Shown here piece by piece: positions 47,040 through 56,030 of a stretch of DNA of 64,000 bases. Each line of letters starts with the position of its first letter. Positions within the stretch are counted from its first letter, which is position 1. The translations under genes were made by a program, and so were the position numbers. Source of the stretch: an uncultured Actinomycetes bacterium (lineage in GTDB: Bacteria > Actinomycetota > Acidimicrobiia > Acidimicrobiales > SZUA-35); the NCBI GenBank assembly GCA_902826025.1, contig CADEDH010000020.1, positions 5,012-69,011 on the forward strand, in the 5' to 3' direction. Under the pieces are notes generated by a model. It saw only the letters and a program-made list of their open reading frames with translations. It was not told where the DNA came from and made no database searches.

Positions 47040-47273
47040 TCAGACCCCGAAACCGATGCGGCGCTCGGGGTCGGCCGTGCCCAGCTCGAAGAAGCTGATC
47101 CGGGCGGCCGGGACGCCGATCTCCTTGCCCTTGCGATCGGTCAGCCACAGCACGGCACCGTCCTCGGCCAGGGTCTGATCGACCTGCTTGCGAAGCGCGG
47201 CCCGATCCGTCTCGTCGGCGAGCTCGAGCTCGATGATCTGGCCGGTCTGGGCGATCCCGATGCGGACATCCAT
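47040..47273 (-). CDS. DUF3107 domain protein
   Basis: MDVRIGI...L-x-L...LWLTDRKG...VPA.RI.F.ELG....RRIGFG; TAGGTT 6 nt before the ATG. Confidence 0.85.
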   Translation of the reverse strand: MDVRIGIAQTGQIIELELADETDRAALRKQVDQTLAEDGAVLWLTDRKGKEIGVPAARISFFELGTADPERRIGFGV

Positions 47274-47285
47274 GCCTGCAACCTA

Positions 47286-48443
47286 TCAGACGATCTTCAG
47301 CTCGCTGCGGAAGCGTTTGCGGGGGGCGAGCTCCACGTCGACCCGCTCGGCGAGGGCGGCGAACGTGGCCCCGGCTTCGCTGGCGGTGTCGAGGGCGATG
47401 GGGTCGCCGACGTCGCCCCCGGCCCGCAGGGCCGGCACCAGCGGGATCCGGGCCAGCAGGGGCACGCCGAGGTCGGTGGCCAGCTCCTGGCCCCCACCGG
47501 CCCCGAACAGCTCGTAGCGCTTGCCGTCGTCACCCGTGAACCAGCTCATGTTCTCGATCACGCCCGACACGGTGATGTGGACCTTGTGGGCCATGTAGGC
47601 CGCCCGCTGGGCCACCTTCTGGGCCGCCGGCTGGGGGGTGGTGACCACCAGCAGCTCGGCCCGGGGCAGGAACTGGGCCAGCGACAGGGCGATGTCGCCG
47701 GTGCCGGGCGGCAGATCGACGATCAGGTAGTCGGGGTCGTCCCAGAAGACGTCGGTCAGGAACTGCTCGAGGGCCTTGTGCAGCATCGGGCCCCGCCAGA
47801 TCACCGGCTGGTTCTCCTCGACGAAGAATCCCATCGACATGCACCGCACCCCGTTGGCCTCGGGCGGAACGATCATCTGGTCGATCACCACCGGATCCCG
47901 GTCGACCCCCAGCATGCGGGGAATGGAGAAGCCCCACACGTCGGCGTCGACCACGGCCACCCGCCGGCGGGTGCCGTCGGGGCCGGTGCGGGCGGCCAGG
48001 GCGACGGCCAGGTTGGTGGTGACCGAGCTCTTGCCCACCCCGCCCTTGCCCGAGGCCACCAGGATCACCCGGGTCCGGTTGTCGGCGTCGGCGAAGGGGA
48101 TGGCCCGGCCCTCGGCGTGACCGTGGCCCTGGTTGGTGCCGGCGGTGGCCGACGGGTCGCCGTGGAGCTTCTGGCGCAGGGTGGCCCGCTGCTCGTCGGT
48201 CATGACACCGAACTCCACGACCACGTCGTTCACGCCGTCGAGGGCCGTGACGGCGGCGGTGACGGCTCGGTTGATCTCGGCCCGCAGGGGGCAGCCGGCC
48301 ACCGTCAGGTCCACCCCCACGGTCACCGTGGGGCCGGCGATGGCCACCTGGCGGACCATGTCGAGCTCGACGATGCTTCGCCCCAGCTCGGGGTCGTTCA
48401 CGGGGCGGAGGGCCTCGATGACAGCGGATTCGGTGAGGGCCAC
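47286..48443 (-). CDS. apbC: Mrp/NBP35 (ApbC) Fe-S cluster carrier ATPase with N-terminal DUF59
   Basis: V-x-DPELGRSIV, LTVAGCP, SGKGGVGKS, DADVWGFS, WRGPM, DLPPGTGD, ENMS. Confidence 0.92.
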   Translation of the reverse strand: MALTESAVIEALRPVNDPELGRSIVELDMVRQVAIAGPTVTVGVDLTVAGCPLRAEINRAVTAAVTALDGVNDVVVEFGVMTDEQRATLRQKLHGDPSATAGTNQGHGHAEGRAIPFADADNRTRVILVASGKGGVGKSSVTTNLAVALAARTGPDGTRRRVAVVDADVWGFSIPRMLGVDRDPVVIDQMIVPPEANGVRCMSMGFFVEENQPVIWRGPMLHKALEQFLTDVFWDDPDYLIVDLPPGTGDIALSLAQFLPRAELLVVTTPQPAAQKVAQRAAYMAHKVHITVSGVIENMSWFTGDDGKRYELFGAGGGQELATDLGVPLLARIPLVPALRAGGDVGDPIALDTASEAGATFAALAERVDVELAPRKRFRSELKIV

Positions 48444-48478
48444 GAGCTGCTCCTGGAGGGGGGTTCGACTAGTCCCGA

Positions 48479-48504
48479 ATTTCTCCTACGGGCATAGGAA
48501 GAAT
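48479..48504. promoter_or_regulatory. Imperfect inverted repeat between divergent apbC and the SufR-like gene
   Basis: ATTTCTCCTA-cgggca-TAGGAAGAAT (8/10 arm match), just upstream of the TAGGCT -10 box at 48513-48518. Confidence 0.4.
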
Positions 48505-48524
48505 CTGTCAGCTAGGCTATCCAT

Positions 48525-49256
48525 GTGGCCCAGCGAGCCCTCAACCCGACGGAATTCGCAAACCTGGTGAACGCCATCACCTCGGCCTTCGGCGACCCGA
48601 CGCGGCGGGACATCTACCTGCTGATCCACGAACACCCCGACGGGTTGACGGCCAGCGAGGTGGCCGAGGCCACCGGACTGCACGCCAACGTGGCCCGTCA
48701 CCACCTCGACAAGCTGGTGGGTGGCAGCTACGTGGAGGTCAGCCAACGCCAGTCGTCGGGTGCCGGCCGGCCGGCCAAGGTGTACCGCGCCGCCGAGCCC
48801 GGGCTGGCCCTCGAGTTCGACGTCCGCCACGACGACATCCTGGTCACCCTCCTGGGCAAGGCCCTGTCCCGCCTGGGCGAAGCCGAGGCGGCGGCCCTGG
48901 CCGAAGAGGTGGGCCTCGAGTTCGGCAAGCAGATGGCGGCCTCGATGGGCACCTCCACCGAGGGGCAGCGGTCGTTCCGCTCCGCCCTCCACGTGGTGGC
49001 CGACGCCCTGTCGGCCCACGGTTTCGCCGCCCACGCCGAGCGTCACGGGGAGGAGTTGCGCATCGTGTCGAGCCACTGCCCCTTCGGCGACGTGGCCATC
49101 GAGCACCCCGTGATCTGCGCCGTGGACCGGGGCATGGTGAAGGGTCTGCTGGGCTCGCTCTACGGGGAGACCCAGGTGGCGCTGAGCTCGTCGGTGGCCA
49201 TGGGCGACGACTCGTGCATCGCCGATGTGACCGAGAGCCCGCTGGCTGCCCGCTGA
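48525..49256 (+). CDS. ArsR-like HTH regulator with C-terminal Cys motif (SufR-like)
   Basis: TRRDIY, EVAEATGLHANVARHHLDKL, GAGRPAKVY, HCPF, IC, C; leaderless GTG 6 nt after TAGGCT. Confidence 0.75.
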   Translation: MAQRALNPTEFANLVNAITSAFGDPTRRDIYLLIHEHPDGLTASEVAEATGLHANVARHHLDKLVGGSYVEVSQRQSSGAGRPAKVYRAAEPGLALEFDVRHDDILVTLLGKALSRLGEAEAAALAEEVGLEFGKQMAASMGTSTEGQRSFRSALHVVADALSAHGFAAHAERHGEELRIVSSHCPFGDVAIEHPVICAVDRGMVKGLLGSLYGETQVALSSSVAMGDDSCIADVTESPLAAR

Positions 49257-49835
49257 TCAGCTGGCGGGAGCGGAGTGGGGGTGGTCGAGATACCACTCCA
49301 ACACGGGGGCCAGATCGTGGTAGCCGAGGTCGCGGGCCGCCTGCAGCAGGTCGATCAGCTCCCGCCGGGCTTCGGCTCCACCCAGGTACACGAGCACGAG
49401 CACCGAGGCGAAGAACTCGTGGTGGGGCCATTCGGCCGCCCGGACCCGGGCCCCGGGGGTGGCGTCGCGCATGATCTGCAGCACGTCGGGGGTGGCGCCG
49501 GCGGGATCGTGACGCATCACCGTCCACAGCACCGCCCGGTACAGACGCTGGGCCTGCTCGGTGCGGGGCGGCGTGTGGGCCCCCAGCCGGAACAGGGCCT
49601 CCACCAGCTCGAGCATTCCGGGCACAGGGGCGATCTCGGCCAGCAACTGGTCTATCGGGGTGACGATCTCCCCGAGCGGCTCGTTGGGGAACTGCGGCGT
49701 GTCGATATCGATCAGCCGGAGGAACAGCCGTTCCACCTCAGGGTGACATTCGAAGCGGTTGGCCAACGACTGGCCCAGGAACAGCGCACCGACCCCGAAC
49801 GGGTCCGATCCGTCGATTCCGTAGTCCACGACCAC
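49257..49835 (-). CDS. Hypothetical helical protein (about 192 aa)
   Basis: 3' part of track ORF 49257..50264 has protein-like composition and a GGAGGG SD; no family recognised. Confidence 0.6.
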   Translation of the reverse strand: MVVDYGIDGSDPFGVGALFLGQSLANRFECHPEVERLFLRLIDIDTPQFPNEPLGEIVTPIDQLLAEIAPVPGMLELVEALFRLGAHTPPRTEQAQRLYRAVLWTVMRHDPAGATPDVLQIMRDATPGARVRAAEWPHHEFFASVLVLVYLGGAEARRELIDLLQAARDLGYHDLAPVLEWYLDHPHSAPAS

Positions 49836-49960
49836 CAGACTAGGCCAACCCTCCGGGTTGCTTGAGTTCCGCCCGGGGGGCGAAACTTCTCGGGTCCGGC
49901 CGGCCCCTTCGAGCCCTGCTGGACGACTACCCAATCGGTTCGCCCCCCGTCTCCGGCCGA

Positions 49961-50854
49961 TCAACCTCGCCGCCGGGCCCGGGTGGAGCCCAACCCCCGA
50001 CGGAGCAGGAACACTCCACCGACGGTCATGGCCGTGGCCGCCAGCAGCGCCCCGATCTGCACCACCCGACCGAGGCCGGACGGGCCCGACCCGGCCTCGA
50101 TCAGACCGGTCCGCCCGTCGGCCACCGCCTCGGCCAGCAGGGTCACGGGATTCTGGCCGTCGCCCTGGTCGACGGAGACCGTGATCAGGGTGGTCGGCCG
50201 CAACGGATCGTCGCCCGGGCGGGCCACGGCCAGCTGGGCGAACAGGGCCGTCTGGTCGGGGCAACGACGGTCGCCGCCCTGCCCCGAGCCGGCCACCAGG
50301 CCGGCCAGCAGTGCATCACGGAGATCGGCGCCGCCGGCCCGACTGTCTTCGAAGGCGGCCAGAGCCTGCGTCACCACCTCGTCGGACACCACGAGATTGC
50401 CCTGGACCGACACCGTGGACCCCTGTCGGTCGAGGGCCTGGGGCGACAATTCGGTGCCGGTGTAGGCGGCGGCGCCGGTGGACGAAACGACGGCGTGCTG
50501 GCGGGTGGGGGCGGCGGCGTCGTAGTCGGGACGGATCAGGTCATCGACGATGGCGGCGGGGGCGGCGTCGGCCTCCACCAGCTCGACGATGCGATCGGGG
50601 GCGGCCAGGTTGAGCTCGCCCTGGGTCACCGCCGCCCCCTCCCCCGGTACGAGCACGATCGGCACCAGCGGAGTCTCGGGCCGGCCCAGGATGGAGGGCG
50701 GCACGCAGGAGGCGAGGGCGGCGCCGACCTCGCCCGTCTCGGGGTCGACGGCCACCACCGACCAGGTGGCGGCGGCCGGGGAGGCCACCAGCAGGGCCAG
50801 CACGACCGCCCCGGTCAGGGCACGGAGGGCCAGGATGCAGTGATGTCGGCTCAC
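49961..50854 (-). CDS. DUF1028 (Ntn-hydrolase-like) protein with signal peptide and C-terminal TM anchor
   Basis: Signal peptide then TWSVVAVDPETGEVG; QGNLV, AGSGQGGDRRC; 3' end of track ORF 49961..52258. Confidence 0.8.
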   Translation of the reverse strand: MSRHHCILALRALTGAVVLALLVASPAAATWSVVAVDPETGEVGAALASCVPPSILGRPETPLVPIVLVPGEGAAVTQGELNLAAPDRIVELVEADAAPAAIVDDLIRPDYDAAAPTRQHAVVSSTGAAAYTGTELSPQALDRQGSTVSVQGNLVVSDEVVTQALAAFEDSRAGGADLRDALLAGLVAGSGQGGDRRCPDQTALFAQLAVARPGDDPLRPTTLITVSVDQGDGQNPVTLLAEAVADGRTGLIEAGSGPSGLGRVVQIGALLAATAMTVGGVFLLRRGLGSTRARRRG

Positions 50855-50947
50855 GCCGCTCAGTGTGCCCGGCCCAGACCGGGGCCGGTGTTGTACCCAT
50901 CGCGTCACGACAGGATCCGCCGGAGGCCGCCGGTACCGTTTTGTGCC

Positions 50948-52324
50948 ATGACCAAAGCTGGGACCCGATCTGCTGATTCTCCCGCCGATGAGCAGGCCGG
51001 AAGGGCGAAGCGAACCGAAGACTACGATGCCCTGTCGGAGGTGCTCCACCGCATCGAGACCCGCACCGCCCGGGTGGCGGTGCTGGGCCAGGGCTACGTC
51101 GGCCTGCCGGTGTCGATGCGGGCGTCCGAGATCGGTTTTCCCACGATCGGCTTCGAGATCGACGCCGGCCGCTGCGCCTCGCTGCAGGGCGGGCGGTCCT
51201 ACGTGGAGGACATCCCCCACGAGATGCTGAAGGCGGCGCTCGACCGCAACTACAAGGCGACCTCGGACCTGGGCGACCTCGTCGGGTTCGACGTGGCCGT
51301 GATCACCGTGCCCACCCCACTGCGGGACGGTGCTCCTGACCTGTCCTACGTGGCCGCCGCCGGCGAGCAGCTCACCCGGGTCCTGCGGGCCGGGGCCCTG
51401 ATCGTCCTCGAGTCGACCACCTACCCCGGCACCACTGAGGAGCTCCTGCGCCCGATCCTGGAGCGCAGCGGGCTGAGGGCCGGGGTCGACTTCTTCCTGG
51501 GCTACTCCCCGGAGCGGATCGACCCGGGCAACAAGACCTGGAACTTCGTCAACACCCCCAAGGTGGTGTCGGGCATCGACCCTGGCTCGCTGCAGGCGGT
51601 GTCGGCGTTCTACGCCAGCCTGGTGGACCAGGTGGTGGAGGTCGAGTCGGCCGCCACCGCCGAGCTGGTGAAGATCCTGGAGAACACGTACCGCCACGTG
51701 AACATCGCTCTGGTCAACGAGCTGGCCATGTTCGCCAAGGAGCTGGGGGTCGACGTGTGGTCGGCCATCGACGCCGCCGCATCCAAGCCGTTCGGGTACA
51801 CCGCCTTCCGTCCCGGCCCTGGGGTGGGCGGGCACTGCCTGCCCATCGACCCCTCGTACCTGTCGTGGCGGGTCCGCCAGAACCTGGGCCACACGTTCCG
51901 GTTCGTGGAGTTGGCCAACGACGTCAACGACCACATGCCCGACTACGTGGTCAGCCGCATCGGCCTGCTGCTCAACGATCACGAGCGTTCGGTGAAGGGC
52001 ACACGCACCCTCCTGCTCGGCCTCACGTACAAGGCCGGCACCTCCGACTGGCGGGAGTCGCCGTCGCTGGCCATCGCCCGCCAGCTGGCGGCCCTGGGCG
52101 CTGACCTGCGGCTGTGCGATCCCCACCTGGCCGAAGGGGCCCGGCTGAACCTTCCCGGCCCGCTGGTGGACCTCACGGCCAACGAGCTCGCCGCCGCTGA
52201 CCTGGTGGTGGTGCTGGTGGATCACCCGGAGTTCGACCCGGCGTTGATCGCCGGCCACGCCCCCCTGGTGTTCGACGCCAAGGCCCTCCTCCGGGGCCAG
52301 ACCTTCACCGGTGAGCTGCTCTGA
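50948..52324 (+). CDS. UDP-N-acetylhexosamine/nucleotide-sugar dehydrogenase
   Basis: GQGYVGLP, VPTPL, ESTTYPGTT, SPERIDPG, KILENTYRHVNIALVNE, GVGGHCLPIDP, GLTYKAGTSDWRESP. Confidence 0.92.
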   Translation: MTKAGTRSADSPADEQAGRAKRTEDYDALSEVLHRIETRTARVAVLGQGYVGLPVSMRASEIGFPTIGFEIDAGRCASLQGGRSYVEDIPHEMLKAALDRNYKATSDLGDLVGFDVAVITVPTPLRDGAPDLSYVAAAGEQLTRVLRAGALIVLESTTYPGTTEELLRPILERSGLRAGVDFFLGYSPERIDPGNKTWNFVNTPKVVSGIDPGSLQAVSAFYASLVDQVVEVESAATAELVKILENTYRHVNIALVNELAMFAKELGVDVWSAIDAAASKPFGYTAFRPGPGVGGHCLPIDPSYLSWRVRQNLGHTFRFVELANDVNDHMPDYVVSRIGLLLNDHERSVKGTRTLLLGLTYKAGTSDWRESPSLAIARQLAALGADLRLCDPHLAEGARLNLPGPLVDLTANELAAADLVVVLVDHPEFDPALIAGHAPLVFDAKALLRGQTFTGELL

Positions 52325-52332
52325 TCCTGCCG

Positions 52333-52812
52333 ATGCGACTGTTCCTGATCCGTCACGCCCAGGCCGGAGACCGCACCAACAGCCAGCGGGACCGATTCCG
52401 GCCGCTCACGCCCAAGGGCCACCGGCGGGCCGAGGAGCTGGCCGCGATCCTGGGCCATCAAGGCGTGGCTCGGGTGCTGTCGAGCCCGGCCACCCGGTGT
52501 TGGCAGACCGTCGCCCCCCTGGCCAAGGCCGCCGGGGTGGAGGTGGAGGAGGTCGACGAGCTGTGGGAAGGCTCATCGCTGGACGACGTGTTCGCCCTGT
52601 TCGATGAGCTGGTGGTGCCGGTGGTGGTCGCCTGCTCGCACGGCGACATCATCCCCGAGGTGGTCGACGCGCTGCACCGCGCCGGTGTTCCGGTCACCGG
52701 GCGGGGCTGTGAGAAGGGCTCGATCTGGGTGCTCGACCACGACGGCCGGCAATGGACGGCGGCTTCCTACGTGTCGAAGTCGAACGGCCAGCTTCCCCCC
52801 GTCCCGAGCTAG
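52333..52812 (+). CDS. SixA-like histidine phosphatase
   Basis: LIRHA, RPLT..G, SSPATRC, SHG, KGSIW. Confidence 0.88.
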   Translation: MRLFLIRHAQAGDRTNSQRDRFRPLTPKGHRRAEELAAILGHQGVARVLSSPATRCWQTVAPLAKAAGVEVEEVDELWEGSSLDDVFALFDELVVPVVVACSHGDIIPEVVDALHRAGVPVTGRGCEKGSIWVLDHDGRQWTAASYVSKSNGQLPPVPS

Positions 52813-54966
52813 CCCTGTCGAGAGTCCCAGGACGTCAGGGATGTCGTCGTCCGGCTCCAGCACATGGTGCTGGACAGCCGCTTCGAGGGCGGCCAGGGCG
52901 GGGTCGGTCCCGGCGCTGGGATCGACATCGACATCGGCATCGGCATCGATGCGAGGGGGGCGGGCGAAGGTGGCGGACTCGACGGCGGCGGTGGCCGCCG
53001 TCACCACGGCCGGGTCGAGCCCGGCCGCCAGCAGGTCGGCCGCCTTCTCCCTCACCGTCCTCGACGCGGGCCAGGCCAGACCCAGGGCCGCGCCGCATCG
53101 GTCGTAGCGGCGGCCAGCCACCACCGCCGCCGCCACCGGTCCGCCGGCCCCGGTGATCGTCGGGCCCAACCGCTCCCGGGCCCGCAGCCGGCGTCCGACC
53201 ACCCCGATGGCAACAGCCAGCCCGACCGCCGTCACCACCGTGGCCCGGCCCGGCAGCCCGAGCGCCGCCGACAGCCACACCGGCCGCCCGTCGATCCGGG
53301 CCGGCTCGGGCGGGGCCCCACCCGGGTCGAGCGGCACGGAAGCGGTGGGATCGAAACCCTGCCAGCCGATGCCGGGGAAGTAGACCTCCGCCCAGGCGTG
53401 GGCATCGGACCCCCGCGACACCCATTCGCCCGTGGCGCCGTCGAACTCGCTGGGCACGTAGCCCACCACCAGGCGGGCCGGGACGCCGAGCGACCGCAGC
53501 ATCACCACCAGCGCCGTGCCGATCTGCTCGCAGAACCCCCGGTGGCTGGCAAACAGCAGCTCGTGGACGGCGTCGCGCCCCTCGGGCAGGACCGGGATGT
53601 CCCGGGAGTAGGTGATGTTGGCCGCCATCCAGGCCTCCAGGGCCCGGATGCGGTCGTAGGCGGTGGGGGCGGCGCCGGCCGTGATCGTGCGGGCCAACTC
53701 GGCCACCTCGGGGTCGACGTCGTCTTCGGAGGCATAGCGAGCCAGCACGGCGGAACCGGCCGGGAGCTGCCCGGGGTCGGCCCGGCGGAGGTCGTCGGCC
53801 GACGGGGTGACCACCGCGCTGACCACCCGCCAGGTGGCCCCGGCCTCCAGCGGGGTGTCGAGCTGGAGCGAGCGGTCCTCGCCGAGAGCGGCCGACCGCA
53901 CGGCGGCCTCCACTTCCACCGGTCGCCACGCTGCCAGGAGCACGTCGAGGCCGCCGCCGACGGCCGTGAACACCTGCTCCTCCCGGGCCATCGGCACACC
54001 GCCATCAGCGGCCGCCTCATCGGCCCCGGCCGTGGCTCCCTCGCCGACACCGGTGCCGGCCCCGCCGGCGGTGGGATCGAGCGCCAGCACCTCCGAGGCC
54101 CAGGTGACGGTGCGCGCCGGGCCGGTGGAGCGCCACCGCCGGCCGTCCCAGTCGTCGTAGGTGACACCCCGCCAGTACCGGGGCTGCGTGGCCTTCACCC
54201 GGAGCACCACGTCGTCGCTGAGGTTCACCGGCTGCCCGGTGTCGAGCCCTCCGGTGAGGCCGGGGTGGGAAGCCACCGCCGCGCTGCCGTCGGAACCATC
54301 GCCGGCCCCGCCCGGGGCTGGCACCACCGAGGCCAGGCCGTGGGCCGCCAGCACCGCCACGGGAAGGGTCAGTACCACCACGACCAGGGCCTGAACCGCG
54401 CGCCGGGGGCTGAACACGAGCCGGTGGTGGCGCCCGCCGGCGCGGCCCGGCGACGAGCCGGCCGCGTTCCGGGTGGCGGCGGGCGAACCGGCCGGCCCCC
54501 CGGGGGGCGGATCGTCGTCGCCCAGCCACGCCCCCCACTCCACCGGGCTGGCCCGGTTGGCCAGCACCACCATGGCCACCACCGCCGCCACCCAGGCGCA
54601 CAGCAGCGTCAGCGGCAGGGTCGTGCCCCGGCGGAAGGCGAACGTGAGCAGCGGCAGCCCCAGGGCCGGCACCGCCCGCTCCATCCCGGCGAAGCTGAAG
54701 CAGGCGAACCCGATCAGGCTCAGGGCCACCAGCGCGGCCAGGCCCCACAAACCGGCGGGCGGGGCCAGGGCCAGCAGCAGCACCGACGGCCCCACGATCC
54801 AGGCCGCCCAGTGGTCGTAACCCGGCATCACCGAGGCCAGAGCAACCCCCAGGCTGAAGGCGGCCAGCGCCATGAGCCGCTCCGACCCCGTCACCGGGGC
54901 CAGGGCCGCCACCAGGCACACGGCGGTGATGCCGATGAGGCGGACGCTCAGGCTGGTGAGCGCCAC
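52573..54966 (-). CDS. Transglutaminase-like membrane protein (TgpA/DUF3488 type)
   Basis: N-terminal TM helices, YWRGVTYD.WDG, GFCEQ, GVPARLVVGY, AHAWAEVY, FDPT; 3' end overlaps sixA antisense by 240 nt. Confidence 0.85.
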   Translation of the reverse strand: MALTSLSVRLIGITAVCLVAALAPVTGSERLMALAAFSLGVALASVMPGYDHWAAWIVGPSVLLLALAPPAGLWGLAALVALSLIGFACFSFAGMERAVPALGLPLLTFAFRRGTTLPLTLLCAWVAAVVAMVVLANRASPVEWGAWLGDDDPPPGGPAGSPAATRNAAGSSPGRAGGRHHRLVFSPRRAVQALVVVVLTLPVAVLAAHGLASVVPAPGGAGDGSDGSAAVASHPGLTGGLDTGQPVNLSDDVVLRVKATQPRYWRGVTYDDWDGRRWRSTGPARTVTWASEVLALDPTAGGAGTGVGEGATAGADEAAADGGVPMAREEQVFTAVGGGLDVLLAAWRPVEVEAAVRSAALGEDRSLQLDTPLEAGATWRVVSAVVTPSADDLRRADPGQLPAGSAVLARYASEDDVDPEVAELARTITAGAAPTAYDRIRALEAWMAANITYSRDIPVLPEGRDAVHELLFASHRGFCEQIGTALVVMLRSLGVPARLVVGYVPSEFDGATGEWVSRGSDAHAWAEVYFPGIGWQGFDPTASVPLDPGGAPPEPARIDGRPVWLSAALGLPGRATVVTAVGLAVAIGVVGRRLRARERLGPTITGAGGPVAAAVVAGRRYDRCGAALGLAWPASRTVREKAADLLAAGLDPAVVTAATAAVESATFARPPRIDADADVDVDPSAGTDPALAALEAAVQHHVLEPDDDIPDVLGLSTGLARDGGKLAVRLRHVGSRRPLPAVVVEHPDRALLTAPPGDRNTGAVQRVDHLGDDVAVRAGDHHRHHQLIEQGEHVVQR
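52856..52874. terminator. Hairpin downstream of sixA
   Basis: TCCAGCAC-atg-GTGCTGGA. Confidence 0.35.
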
Positions 54967-56030
54967 CGCAGCCCGTCCTCGTCGACCACCAGACGGGGCC
55001 CCGGCTCCCGCCGACCGTCGGCCGGGGCCGGCTCGCCCGGGTCGAGCCGGGCCAGGCGCACGATGAGATCGTCCCGCCCGTGTACGGCTTCCACCACCCG
55101 GACCCCCGCCTCCACCGAGTCGATGCGGACCTGATAGCCGGCCTGCAGCAGCTGCTCGGCCGCCCCCCGGGCCCGGCCCACCACCCGGTCGAGTTCGGCC
55201 TCGTCGGCCGCCCGCACCGCCACCGTCACCTCGGGGGCGAACGCCGGCCCGGGTGGCCGCTCCCGCACCATGAGGGTGCCGGTCCGGGCCACGGTGGGCC
55301 AGTGGACGTCGCGCCCCGGGTCGCCGGGCACGTAGGGTCGGAGCCCGACGGGGTCGCCCGGTCCGCCCCCGCCCGCCACCAGCACCCGGCCGTCGGCGAC
55401 GCCGGCGTCGGGGCTCAGGCCCGCCGGCGGAACCCGGCCGGCCGGCCCGCTCATCGGCCGGGGTGGCGTGGCCGGTACCGCCAGCGGCGCCACCGGCTCG
55501 GCTGCCGGGGCGGCGTGCACCGGGGCCCGGGGGGCCACGGCCAACTCCCGCACCACCGCCACCAGCCCCAGCGGGATCGCCGACTGGAGCCGCACCGTGA
55601 TGCGCTCCGCCACCCCCCGGCTCCGGGGCCGCCACAGCACCACGCCCTCGCCCGGCATCTGAGCCGGAACCCAGCGTCGCACCCCACCCCGCACCCCGAG
55701 CGCCCCTTCCAGCCGGTGGGGGCCCGACACCGCCACCGTCAGGGGCACGGCGCTCCCCACGGTCACCGCCGCCGGCGCCTGCACCGCCACGGTGAACGAC
55801 CGCAGCGCCACCAGGGCCCATACGGCGTTGGCCACCAGCACCAGACCCGCCCCCAGGCTCAGCGCCATCAGGGACCGCTGGCCCGATGCCGCGCTGACCA
55901 GCAGCCCGGGGAAGCAGAGGGTGATCACTCCGGCCCCGGCCGGCGTCAGCGCCAACCGGTACCGGTTCGGGCGCCCGCTCCCGCTGCAGCCGCCGGTCGG
56001 CCGATGACGCCACCGGCCGACGGTGGTCAC
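54948..56030 (-). CDS. DUF58 protein
   Basis: Two N-terminal TM segments, PLGL, LRPYVPGDP.RDVHWPTVARTGTLMVRE; lies between moxR and the transglutaminase gene. Confidence 0.85.
   Translation of the reverse strand: MTTVGRWRHRPTGGCSGSGRPNRYRLALTPAGAGVITLCFPGLLVSAASGQRSLMALSLGAGLVLVANAVWALVALRSFTVAVQAPAAVTVGSAVPLTVAVSGPHRLEGALGVRGGVRRWVPAQMPGEGVVLWRPRSRGVAERITVRLQSAIPLGLVAVVRELAVAPRAPVHAAPAAEPVAPLAVPATPPRPMSGPAGRVPPAGLSPDAGVADGRVLVAGGGGPGDPVGLRPYVPGDPGRDVHWPTVARTGTLMVRERPPGPAFAPEVTVAVRAADEAELDRVVGRARGAAEQLLQAGYQVRIDSVEAGVRVVEAVHGRDDLIVRLARLDPGEPAPADGRREPGPRLVVDEDGLRWRSPA

Noticed and set aside
48460-48478. GGTTCGA T-loop-like strings here and at about 19918
   Set aside because: No cloverleaf, acceptor stem or CCA context, so not tRNAs.
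49862-50947. Long N-terminal extensions of the nucleotide-sugar dehydrogenase (+) and of DUF1028 (- 50855..52258)
   Set aside because: Each extension is the antisense of the other real gene.
54967-56013. Apparent 1146-aa fusion ORF upstream of the transglutaminase
   Set aside because: The 5' part is an Arg/Gly-rich alternate frame of the DUF58 gene; protein-like sequence begins at GTG 54966.
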